From assembly GCA_965207225.1 (NCBI GenBank), contig CBDBLV010000004.1:640001-704000 (forward strand): a stretch of DNA of 64,000 bases. The letters run 5' to 3'. The stretch is from Dehalococcoidia bacterium (GTDB lineage Bacteria; Chloroflexota; Dehalococcoidia; Plut-88900). This document shows positions 54,196 through 62,975 of this stretch, piece by piece (positions within the stretch are counted from its first letter, which is position 1; every line of letters starts with the position of its first letter). The notes under the pieces were generated by a model. It was given only the letters and a program-made list of their open reading frames with translations, was not told the DNA's origin and ran no database searches. Both the position numbers and the translations under genes were made by a program.

Positions 54196-54435
54196 ATGAG
54201 AGACAGCAATAGAGAAGATACAAGGAACAGGCAAAGGAAGAGGAGCGGAGGAGACGCTCCCGATCCCTCCATCGACAGGCCGATGGAGCCCTACACCGCC
54301 GAGCAGCGAGCTCAGCTCCAACGCGGGCTGCGCATCCTGGCCCGGATGATCGTCCGCGCCCATCTGCGGGGTGAGATACCCAAGGCAGCGTCGCCTTCCA
54401 CGAAGCCGCCGTCAGAGAAGGTGTCCGGCGGATGA
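54196..54435 (+). CDS. Small hypothetical protein of the mobile element (degenerate copy at ~53118-53290)
   Basis: YTAEQRAQLQRGLRILARMIVRAHL; related HTVKRRETLRIL at ~53190. Confidence 0.55.
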   Translation: MRDSNREDTRNRQRKRSGGDAPDPSIDRPMEPYTAEQRAQLQRGLRILARMIVRAHLRGEIPKAASPSTKPPSEKVSGG

Positions 54436-54621
54436 ACCGCCATCAAGCAAGCCCCGCATCCTCAATGCCGCGTCATCCTGGCGGCGGCTCAGGGCATCGT
54501 GATCACGGCCCCTGCTTTACCACAACTCCGACCCCATAACAACGGCTTGCAAGGCATTACATGCGAGCAATCTCCCGTTCAAGATGGGACGTTGGGACAT
54601 TGTTGACAAGCGGAGCACCAA

Positions 54622-56535
54622 TTGGCAGCCACGGATTCACGAGCAGCAGAACTGAACGGCGCAGCGCAGGCCGGAGCGGACCTCGACGAGGCGGTCCGGG
54701 ACTACGTGCGCACCTACGCCGTGCTGCATGGGAAGCCGAAGGCGGCCGAGGCTCTCGGCGTCTCCCGCCACACCCTGTGGCGCTTCCTCGACCGGGGCCA
54801 CGCGGGACGCGCCATACCCCGCGCGGTGCTGGAGCAAGTGGGCGACAGACCAGAGGCGCTGGAGGACGCCGAGGAGCGGCTGATACTCCAGGCGCAAACC
54901 AGGCGGCGGCTGAAGGACGGCGGCCCGTCGACCGGTTCCAAGCGCCTGTCCGAGGCCCTGGAGGACGCCCTCCGGCTGGTCTGCGCAACGCCCCTGGCCA
55001 CCGTGGACGAGCTGTCCCGCTTCGGACGTGTTCCCGCCTCCACTATGAGAGAACGCATTGACAAGCTCGCCAGGCGGGGCCTGGTGGACTCCGTGTCGCA
55101 CCAACTGAGCGTTCTCGGCTCCCGCCCCCAACGACGCTACTTCCCCACGAAGCAGGGCATCGTCGCCGGAGGAAGGATCGAGCACGGCACGGACTACTTC
55201 CTCAGCGAGTACCCGGTGTCCAGACAGTGGTTCCGGCTGCTGGCCGAGCGCATGGACGCCGTGGCCGTCCTCTACCGCCTCGCCACCATGATCGCCGACG
55301 CAGACCCGCACCATAAGCCCGTGCGCGTGGACCACTACCGCAGCGGCCCCTACGACATGCTGATCACTCTGTCGGGTGGCCGCTCCATCGGCATCATCCG
55401 CCAGGGTCAGACCCTACCCACCTCCAACCTGCGCTACCGCCTCAGGAGCGTCGAGCATCTCCCCAGCCGGGAGAAACCTTTCGCCACCCTGGTGCTGACA
55501 CACGCCGACCAGGCCACCCGCAGGGCGATACGCTCATTGGGCGACCCCTCGGAACACCGTAGGACCTTCGCGGCGACGGAGGGGGAGCTTCTGGCCGTTG
55601 CCCACACCGGCGCCGTCTGGCAGCAGTGCGGAGACGGACGGGACAATGACCCGCCCGTGCCTATCGACCCCGGCGCGGCTCTTAGGGGCATCCTGGCGTG
55701 GATGGATCGGCTGCTGGACTCGTCCCATTCGTCCTTCCGCGACAACCCGAGGCCCGATCTCGAAGACCTCTACTCTTCCCGTGTGAAGGCCGCCATGCCG
55801 GAGCCTGCCCAGCAGATCACGTCATCCCCATCGGCGCAACTCACTCGCGCCGGGAAGGACGCCCTGGACCTGCTGTCCGCCTGGCCCCTGTGCACCCGTG
55901 AGCAGCTCGCGGGGCTGATGGGCGGCGTCACCCTGCGTCGGGTCAACCAGGTGCTCCGCTCACTCCGTGAGCACGGCCTCGTGCGGGAGGACGGCTCCCT
56001 GCTCGTTCTCACCGACGAGGGGCTGACACACCTGGCTCGCCGGGACCGGGCCGCCGTCGGCCTCACCCTCGACCGCTGGAGCCCAGAACTCACCCTCAGG
56101 AAGCCCTCCGTCTACGTCGGGACAGCCCTGCGCGCCCTGGCCACCCAGCTGCGCCACCACGCCGGCGTCGTCGGCTTCGCGGCCTCCCTCTCAGCCGAGG
56201 TAGCTAAGTCCCCGGACTACGACCTGTTCGACCTGCTGCCCACCCACCGTTCCAGCATCGGCTACCGCTACGACCAGACCACCTACGCCATTCACCCCGA
56301 CGCATCCTTCACCCTGGAGTACAAAGGCGATTGGCGTCCCTTCCTGCTGGAGTTCGAGCGGAGGGCCACCACGCCGAAGCGCATCCCCAAACGCCTGAGG
56401 TCCTACCGACGTTATTTCACCAGCGGCTGGGCGAAACGAGATCATGAGGGACACCTGCCCAACGTGCTCTTCATCTTCGAGTCCCCCGACTGTCGTTACC
56501 CAAGATCTTTGAGCCAGGTTACCCACGAACATTGA
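54622..56535 (+). CDS. Replication-relaxation family protein with wHTH domains, C-terminus truncated by IS21
   Basis: wHTH segments; HHAGV..F, IHPDA.F......PFLLEFERRA, RL.SY..YF (PD-(D/E)xK-like); last 14 codons come from the IS end. Confidence 0.75.
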   Translation: MAATDSRAAELNGAAQAGADLDEAVRDYVRTYAVLHGKPKAAEALGVSRHTLWRFLDRGHAGRAIPRAVLEQVGDRPEALEDAEERLILQAQTRRRLKDGGPSTGSKRLSEALEDALRLVCATPLATVDELSRFGRVPASTMRERIDKLARRGLVDSVSHQLSVLGSRPQRRYFPTKQGIVAGGRIEHGTDYFLSEYPVSRQWFRLLAERMDAVAVLYRLATMIADADPHHKPVRVDHYRSGPYDMLITLSGGRSIGIIRQGQTLPTSNLRYRLRSVEHLPSREKPFATLVLTHADQATRRAIRSLGDPSEHRRTFAATEGELLAVAHTGAVWQQCGDGRDNDPPVPIDPGAALRGILAWMDRLLDSSHSSFRDNPRPDLEDLYSSRVKAAMPEPAQQITSSPSAQLTRAGKDALDLLSAWPLCTREQLAGLMGGVTLRRVNQVLRSLREHGLVREDGSLLVLTDEGLTHLARRDRAAVGLTLDRWSPELTLRKPSVYVGTALRALATQLRHHAGVVGFAASLSAEVAKSPDYDLFDLLPTHRSSIGYRYDQTTYAIHPDASFTLEYKGDWRPFLLEFERRATTPKRIPKRLRSYRRYFTSGWAKRDHEGHLPNVLFIFESPDCRYPRSLSQVTHEH

Positions 56536-56585
56536 GCCACCCTGAACGCCGATGATACGGATTATGACAGGATGCTATCGGCGGT

Positions 56586-57380
56586 TCAATCACCTCCCTT
56601 CTTGCCGAGGATTTTGGCCACCTTTCCCAGTAGGGCGCGGTGAGGAGAGAGCCTCTCCCGGTAGCTGGTGCCCTCGATGACGATCTGGTAGCTGGTGTTG
56701 GCCAGACGGTCCAGGGCGCTGTTGCCCAGGATGGGATCGTTGAAGAGGCTGAGCCACTCTTCGATGGCGCGGTTGGAGGTGATGACGAAGCTGGAGGCCC
56801 GGTGCTTGCCGACGATGAGTTGGTAGAGGTCCGATGACTGTTGTGCGTTAAGACGGTGCAGGCCCAGGTCGTCGAGGATGAGCAGGTCGGGGGAGAGGAA
56901 GGAGCGGAAGGCTTTGTCCACCGAGTTGTCCACCCTGGCTTGGGACATGGCTTTGAAGAAGTCGTATGCGTGGATGAAGCGGACGGAGTATCCGGCTCTG
57001 ACGGCGGCGTAGCCGAGGGCCTGGGCCAGGAAGCTCTTGCCGACGCCCGCCGGTCCCATGAGCAGGACGTGCTCGTGCCTGGGGATGAAGTCCAGGGAGA
57101 AGGCGGCGTCAAGGAGGCGGCGGTCCAGGGTGATTTCGGACGTCCAGTCGAAGTCCTCCAGGCGGCAGGTCTCCTCGAAGCCGGCCCGGTTCAGGCGGGT
57201 CTCGATGCGCCGGTTCTCCCTGCGGCTGACCTCGTCGGCCAGGATGATCTCCAGGAAGGCGGCATAGTCCAACTGGTCCCTTCGGGCCAGGGCGATGCGC
57301 TCGGGCAGGGTGTCCAGCATGCCGCTGAGCTTGAGGGTCTTGAGCAGCGGGGCCAGATCGACGTTGCGGTTGCGGGTCAT
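56586..57380 (-). CDS. istB: IS21 helper ATPase
   Basis: LEDFDW, GPAGVGKSFLAQALG, DLLILDDLG, ITSNR, ALDRL. Confidence 0.95.
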   Translation of the reverse strand: MTRNRNVDLAPLLKTLKLSGMLDTLPERIALARRDQLDYAAFLEIILADEVSRRENRRIETRLNRAGFEETCRLEDFDWTSEITLDRRLLDAAFSLDFIPRHEHVLLMGPAGVGKSFLAQALGYAAVRAGYSVRFIHAYDFFKAMSQARVDNSVDKAFRSFLSPDLLILDDLGLHRLNAQQSSDLYQLIVGKHRASSFVITSNRAIEEWLSLFNDPILGNSALDRLANTSYQIVIEGTSYRERLSPHRALLGKVAKILGKKGGD

Positions 57381-58957
57381 AGCGTAACTCCTTCGGTTGG
57401 GTGATGGCCGTTGACCAGGGCGAAGACGGAGCCGGGCCTGGCAAAGCGCCCCGGCGGTATGAGGTCGGCAAGGGGCGGCGCATCCTGCTGCTCCAGGGCT
57501 TCAACCAGGATGCGCTCGACGCGGTGCACGTCGATGAGGTCCACGTCCAAGGCCTTGCGGCAGGCGTCGTTCAGCCTGTCGGGGGTGTAGCGCTGGGCGA
57601 GGCGGAGCAGCTTGTGTCCCTGCCGCACCTTGGCCCAAGGCGTGGGGCCTTCGAAGAGCCGGTCGGCGAAGGCGGCCACCGCCTCTCCCAGCTCCGCCGC
57701 GCTCTGCTTGATCTTGTCGGGCCCTCGCAGGGTGTAGGCGATGAACTCCTTTGGGTAGTCGTCGGGGTCGGTGGAGCGTTTGCCCCTGGGCTGACGGGGA
57801 TGGACCTTGATCAGCTTGCCCCGGTGGTAGATGCGCACCAGCTTGCTGTCCAGCGCGATCTCCACCTGCTGCCCCGGAGGGCACAGGGCCGACGGCACCG
57901 AGTAGAGGGCGTGCTGGCAGGTCACGTGGTGGTCGCGCTGCACCTTGGCGTTGCGCCAGCGGGTAACCTCGTAGGGATCGCCGTCCCAGGGCAGCAACGT
58001 CTGGCGCTCCTCTGTGTCGAAGACCTCCACGGGCTTGCGCCTGGTGGTGCCGTGCACCCGCTGTCCGGCCACCTCACGGCACCAGTGGAGCGCTTCCTTC
58101 CGCATGTGAGGCAGGTCCCTGAAGGAGGCTCCCTTGAAGAAGCGCTCTCTCACGTACTGGACTCCCCGCTCCACCTTGGGCTTATCCCTGGGGTGGCGCA
58201 CCCGGGCCGGGTCGGTGATGAAACCCCGGCGCTGCGAGTACTCCAGGAAGCCCCTGGTCAGCCTGGGATGCAGGGCGTCGGCCCCGGCCACCGCCGCCGG
58301 GAAGTTGTCGATGACCAGGTACTTGGGTATGCCGTCGAAGAAAGCCCAGGCCGCCTCCAGTCCGGCGACCACGTCCTCCAGCTTCTGCCCGTGGGTGGGC
58401 CAGACGAAGCTGTGCCGCGAGTAGGCCAGCACCACGATCAGCGCCCACACCGTCCGGCGGCGTCCCGTCTCCGGGTCCTCCAGCGGCCCCAGCCGACCGA
58501 AGTCCAGCTCCGCCACCTCGCCCGGAGGACTCTCCTCCATCCGCACCGTCCGAAGACTGCGGCCTCGCCAGTTGCGGCGGGCCACGAAGCGCTGGAGGGA
58601 CGAATAGGGCACATCGCAGCCCCGCTCCAAGAGCAACTCCCGGATGCGGGTCAGTTGCAGCCGGTCCCCGATGAGCCACTGCTGAATCTGGTCGGCCCAG
58701 GGGGACAGCCTCTCCTCTATGGGCATCTTGGTCTGCCGCGGTCCCGCACGGCCGATGGCCGCCAGCTTGCTCAGTTGCTCCTCGCTGGGACCCGGTCCGT
58801 CCCGGGACAGCCCCAACCTCTCCGCTGAGGAGATGTATTTGACCACCGTGTTCCGGGACAGGCCCGTCCCAGTCGCTATGTGGCGCTGGCTCTCTCCAGC
58901 CTGCCAGCGCCGGATGACTTCTTCTATCTCCACTCTGAGTACCTCCTTGTAGGCCAT
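57377..58957 (-). CDS. istA: IS21 transposase
   Basis: N-terminal HTH; PGEVAELDFG, FFDGIP...VIDN, PRDKPKVER, RVHGTTRRKP. Confidence 0.95.
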   Translation of the reverse strand: MAYKEVLRVEIEEVIRRWQAGESQRHIATGTGLSRNTVVKYISSAERLGLSRDGPGPSEEQLSKLAAIGRAGPRQTKMPIEERLSPWADQIQQWLIGDRLQLTRIRELLLERGCDVPYSSLQRFVARRNWRGRSLRTVRMEESPPGEVAELDFGRLGPLEDPETGRRRTVWALIVVLAYSRHSFVWPTHGQKLEDVVAGLEAAWAFFDGIPKYLVIDNFPAAVAGADALHPRLTRGFLEYSQRRGFITDPARVRHPRDKPKVERGVQYVRERFFKGASFRDLPHMRKEALHWCREVAGQRVHGTTRRKPVEVFDTEERQTLLPWDGDPYEVTRWRNAKVQRDHHVTCQHALYSVPSALCPPGQQVEIALDSKLVRIYHRGKLIKVHPRQPRGKRSTDPDDYPKEFIAYTLRGPDKIKQSAAELGEAVAAFADRLFEGPTPWAKVRQGHKLLRLAQRYTPDRLNDACRKALDVDLIDVHRVERILVEALEQQDAPPLADLIPPGRFARPGSVFALVNGHHPTEGVTL

Positions 58958-59080
58958 CGCGGCACCTCCTTATCAAGTGCTGCAATGGTCTAAGCTGGGG
59001 CGCTCAGGGTGGCTCAAAGACCCTGGTTATCTGGCTCAATGTTAGTGGGTATTGTGGCTCAATGTTCCTGGGTATTGACA

Positions 59081-59134
59081 GACGAACGGCATCCGGCTCA
59101 GGGCGTCGAGCAACTGGTGGTCGGAGAGGGCCAT
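59081..59134 (-). pseudogene. 18-codon N-terminal stub of a gene cut by IS21 (MALSDHQLLDALSRMPFV)
   Basis: ATG at 59134 runs straight into the IS21 end; resembles the wHTH starts within the rep-relaxation protein. Confidence 0.45.
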
Positions 59135-59803
59135 GTGTCTAGCATATAGAGGTCCGGATGCTGTGGGCAACGGTCATGTGACAGCGGCGGTGCATGGTAA
59201 GTTCGTTCGGGTAACGGTCCTCAACTTGCCCCGCGAACCCCGGAACACCGCCATAGATGCTGCGTTTGGCCGCCGAAGCCTCTGGTGGGAGCTTTGCCGA
59301 GCAACCGCCTAAATTCCTAAGTTATCGGCGACCTACGCGGCACCCGTCGGTCCCTTGCAAGTTCAGGTCTTCGGGGACGAGTTTGACATGTCGGCGGAGC
59401 ACGAGCGACGAATAGGCTACTCCAAGAGATATGCCAAGCGACAAAGGGACAGGGCAGGAGACATGGAGTCAGTGGAACGTCCGTCGAGCGGCTCTTGCAG
59501 CCGCTTCCTTGCGGTTCAAGACGCCACCTCCGCATATGGTCTTTTCTTTCTTTGTTCTCGGTCCATTCTCCCCGGCGGGGATTTTCTGTTGAGCGATGTC
59601 GCCCGCAATAGTCCCTTGACTGGGGATATGCGTCAGTAGACTTGGCCGGACGTGCTGGTCAAGATGAGTACTGCCCAGTTCGCGCAACATCCTTTTGGGT
59701 GGAGTTTGATTCGGATTGTCCTGATCCCACACCCTTAGGATGCGGTGTCCTGCGATTCCCACAGGACTGCCTCTTGTATCGGAAGTGCACGTTCGCCTCT
59801 TGC

Positions 59804-62224
59804 CTACCCCGCAGCCTCGATTACCCAAGCTCCGCCGGTCTGCTTGCTCGCTGCAAAGTTGTACCGAACGCCGTTTATGGTCACGTTTCTCGCATTGATT
59901 GAGGTTCCCGCGACGAAGAACAAGAACCTTCCTCTACCGGACGAATCGACCGAGAACTCCTCGGACGTACTCGGGTAGACACAACTCTCCCCAAGCCTGA
60001 CCACTAGACCTACCCGACACAGTCCGTCGCCGTCCGATGGACGCGGCGTCGCCGTCGGTTCGGCAGTGACGGAAACCGCTACCGCTCTTGAGCAGTTGTT
60101 ACCTGTATCGGACTCGCCCACCACCGCATCCACACACGCTCCATAGTAGTGAGTCCCCGTCATGGAAGGCGCGGTCAGACTGATGGACTCGATCTTGCCG
60201 CCCGACGCAGGCACTGTGGGGACCCTGCCCGTGCCAGCCTCGGTGTCAGACGTCGTGATCGTGGTGTCAGCCGAGCGATAGTAACGCAGGGTCGTCGAGC
60301 TCGAAGGATCGCTGCCTTGGTTGCGGACCGTGGCGCGAAGGGTAAAGGAATCGCCGGTATCGGGGCTGGTGTCGCTGGTTGAAACCGACTCCACAACCAG
60401 ATCGGCCGCCCCCTGAGTTGGGGTGGCCGTGGGGTAGGGAGTCGCGGTAGGCTGCGGTGTAGCAGTGTGACGCGGCGTGGCTGTAGGGCGTGGTGTAGCA
60501 GGGGGAGCATTAGCCGCCCCGGCAGTCAGCGGCAGATACTGAACGCTGAAGAAAACTGGGGCGACGCTAAGGGCGAGATAGCTTGCATTACCGGGGCCTT
60601 GCATAACGATGTCGCCCCGAACCACCGTATCTGGGAGAATCTCCTTGTCAGTCAAGAGATTGTCCGTATCGGGCGCTCCGAAGGTATCTCCCAGTTCTTC
60701 ATTGCTCGCACCGGTCAGAGCGAACGCGTTGGAATTGAAAGAAAAGTCATCATCGCCACGATTTCTTACTTCGACAACAACCTTGACCCATTCGTTGCCA
60801 TCGTCCAGCCAGAAATCCGCCCTCGCGTTCCCAGTATGCCCCCGCACGACTTCCAGCACCCGTAACTCCATGTGTATCCCGAAGGAATCGTGCTCGAGTG
60901 TCAGAAAGTCAGCGGATGCAGAGGGCGTACTAGCTCCCGGCTTAGGTGTAGGGGTGGTCGTTGGATTCGGGGTAGTAGTAATGGTCACTATCACCGCCGA
61001 CGAGCAGTTGTTGGTCGTGTCAGACTCTCCAGACACCGCATCCACGCACGCTCCATAGTAGTAAGTCCCCGCCGTGGACGGCGCGGTCAGACTGATGGAC
61101 TCGGCCTTGCTGCCCGACGCAGGCACTGCGGGGACCCTGCCCGTGCCAGCCTCGGTGTCAGACTTCATGATCGTGGTGTCAGTCGAGCGATAGTAACGCA
61201 GGGTGGTCAAGTCCGAAGGACCGCTTCCCTGGTTGCTTACCGTCGCGCTCAGCGTGAACGACTCGCCTGCGGTGGGGTTGTTGTCGCTCACCGTGGCGGT
61301 GTCCACAACCAGATCAGCCGCCCCCTGAGTTGGCGTGGCTGTAGGGCGTGAGGCAACATGCCTGTCACCGGGCGCAAGCACCCGGTATCTCAAAGTCACG
61401 GTCTTGGACGTAACGAAAGAGAACCAATTGTCGAACACCAAGGTGTAAACACCTGAGGACTCTGCCGTTACTTCTCCGTTCAGCGACTTTGCCCTTCTCA
61501 CTTCTCTCAATACATCTCCGGATGTATTGAGGAGTCTAAAGTCAATGTCCAGCTCCCTAAGAAACCAAAAGCTTCTGCCGGCGTCGAATCGATATTCGAG
61601 GGTCTCTCCCTCGGACAGGGTGATGCGCATCTCACCTACTTCGAGGGCCGGTACCTTGATCACAGACCTCTTCCAGGGGATGTCTCCGTGATCTGCCCAA
61701 GGCGTGGACGTAGCAACGGGAGTAGATGTGGGCGGCGTGGCCGGTTCCATCGCGGCATCCTCAGCCTCTCCCAGTACTATAGGGGAAGAACTGAGCCATC
61801 TCCCCCGGCTGTCGGCTGGAAGGAAGCGGCTGGTTGGCAGGATGCGCTCTCCCCATCCGGCGTCCTCACGTTCTTGAAGCGCGAACTCGACTCGCCCGTC
61901 CACGAGGCGACGGGCAGTAACCCGCAAGTCAGGCCCGGTCGTGGCCTGATCCATCGTGGTACCGACGGGCTTTCCCAGTGTTATCGGGGAAGAACTGAGC
62001 CATATGCCTCCACTATCGGCTGGCAAGAAGCGATTCTCTGGCAGGATGCGCTCCCCCCATCCCCCATCCCCGCGTTCCTGGAGCGCAAACTCGATGCGCC
62101 CGTCGCCAAGGCGCTGGGCAGCAATTCTCACTTCTCTCGCACCGTTGTCATCAGCGACGACAACGGCCGCGCCGACCGTGAGGATGAAAGCCATTGCAAC
62201 TGTCAGAAAGATGATCCGCTTCAT
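59804..62224 (-). CDS. Secreted multidomain protein: duplicated N-terminal domain, GOLD-like, 2 CARDB-like, DUF4352-like, Cys-containing C-terminal domain
   Basis: Signal peptide MKRIIFLTVAM; SGVYTLVFDNWFS; two ADLVV...TV.NQG...YYGACVD..GESDT.NNCS; PT-rich linkers. Confidence 0.82.
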   Translation of the reverse strand: MKRIIFLTVAMAFILTVGAAVVVADDNGAREVRIAAQRLGDGRIEFALQERGDGGWGERILPENRFLPADSGGIWLSSSPITLGKPVGTTMDQATTGPDLRVTARRLVDGRVEFALQEREDAGWGERILPTSRFLPADSRGRWLSSSPIVLGEAEDAAMEPATPPTSTPVATSTPWADHGDIPWKRSVIKVPALEVGEMRITLSEGETLEYRFDAGRSFWFLRELDIDFRLLNTSGDVLREVRRAKSLNGEVTAESSGVYTLVFDNWFSFVTSKTVTLRYRVLAPGDRHVASRPTATPTQGAADLVVDTATVSDNNPTAGESFTLSATVSNQGSGPSDLTTLRYYRSTDTTIMKSDTEAGTGRVPAVPASGSKAESISLTAPSTAGTYYYGACVDAVSGESDTTNNCSSAVIVTITTTPNPTTTPTPKPGASTPSASADFLTLEHDSFGIHMELRVLEVVRGHTGNARADFWLDDGNEWVKVVVEVRNRGDDDFSFNSNAFALTGASNEELGDTFGAPDTDNLLTDKEILPDTVVRGDIVMQGPGNASYLALSVAPVFFSVQYLPLTAGAANAPPATPRPTATPRHTATPQPTATPYPTATPTQGAADLVVESVSTSDTSPDTGDSFTLRATVRNQGSDPSSSTTLRYYRSADTTITTSDTEAGTGRVPTVPASGGKIESISLTAPSMTGTHYYGACVDAVVGESDTGNNCSRAVAVSVTAEPTATPRPSDGDGLCRVGLVVRLGESCVYPSTSEEFSVDSSGRGRFLFFVAGTSINARNVTINGVRYNFAASKQTGGAWVIEAAG

Positions 62225-62272
62225 TATCCCATCCCTCCTACTAAACTGATTTGCAATGAATCTGCTCATGGT

Positions 62273-62480
62273 TTAATACGAAACGCTTGAAACTTGTGGG
62301 AGGCTGTCGTCTTCATTGACATACGCAAGGAATTCTATGATCACCAGCAACAGCAAAACAGGAGACATGAGTAACGAGAGCCACCAAGCGGAACGGCCGG
62401 TGTCATGTAAGCGCCTTGCGGTGACTGCCAGATGTGGCACTCCCCTGCTCCGACACCACGCACTCGTTGATGGCCCGGTA
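62273..62480 (-). pseudogene. DUF805 family membrane protein fragment
   Basis: LAVTARRLHDTGRSAWWL signature without a credible N-terminus. Confidence 0.6.
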
Positions 62481-62759
62481 TGCCCACGGGTCCACGCCAA
62501 AAGCGACCAGCAGGTCAGAGCGAGGCTAGGGCACCGCGCCCGCGCCTTATCGAACTCTGGCCTGACCACAATTCCAGCAGTCCCGCCTCTACCAGGGTAA
62601 GTCTCCGGCTTACTAAAATGCACAGCCAGTGCCAGGGAATTTCCGTACTTGAACAAGGTTTGCCATACTGGGTCATCTCGTCAGGCTAGTGCTGTAGCGG
62701 GTCCGGCAGCCGGAAACGTGCCTGGACTTCGGGATGTTGCTGGTCGTTTGGGCAGTGGT

Positions 62760-62905
62760 CATACTGAAGGTCGTCCACCCCTTCTCCGCCAATTGGGGTC
62801 AACAGCATCAGCGAGGTGACCGTCCGTCCAGCCCTGGTCCACTCTTTGACCTTCACGTGGCGTCTGATCGACTCGCCCAGCCCGACTCCCTCAAGCATCT
62901 CCGCT
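62760..62905 (-). pseudogene. Probable IS1380-family transposase fragment
   Basis: GLGESIRRHVKV...WT...VTSLMLL..GGEGVDDL resembles IS1380 transposase N-termini. Confidence 0.45.
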
Positions 62906-62975
62906 CCTCCCGGTCTGGGAGTCTGTGGAACCTGATCAGTACTGGCAAGTCGCCTCAGAACCTGTCTCCGCCCCT

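Larger units (their letters stand above)
56491..59080 (-). mobile_element. IS21 family insertion sequence (2590 bp)
   Basis: Terminal IRs tgtcgttacccaagatctttgagcca / tgtcaatacccaggaacattgagcca; repeated ttgagcca boxes at both ends; istA-istB. Confidence 0.93.
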
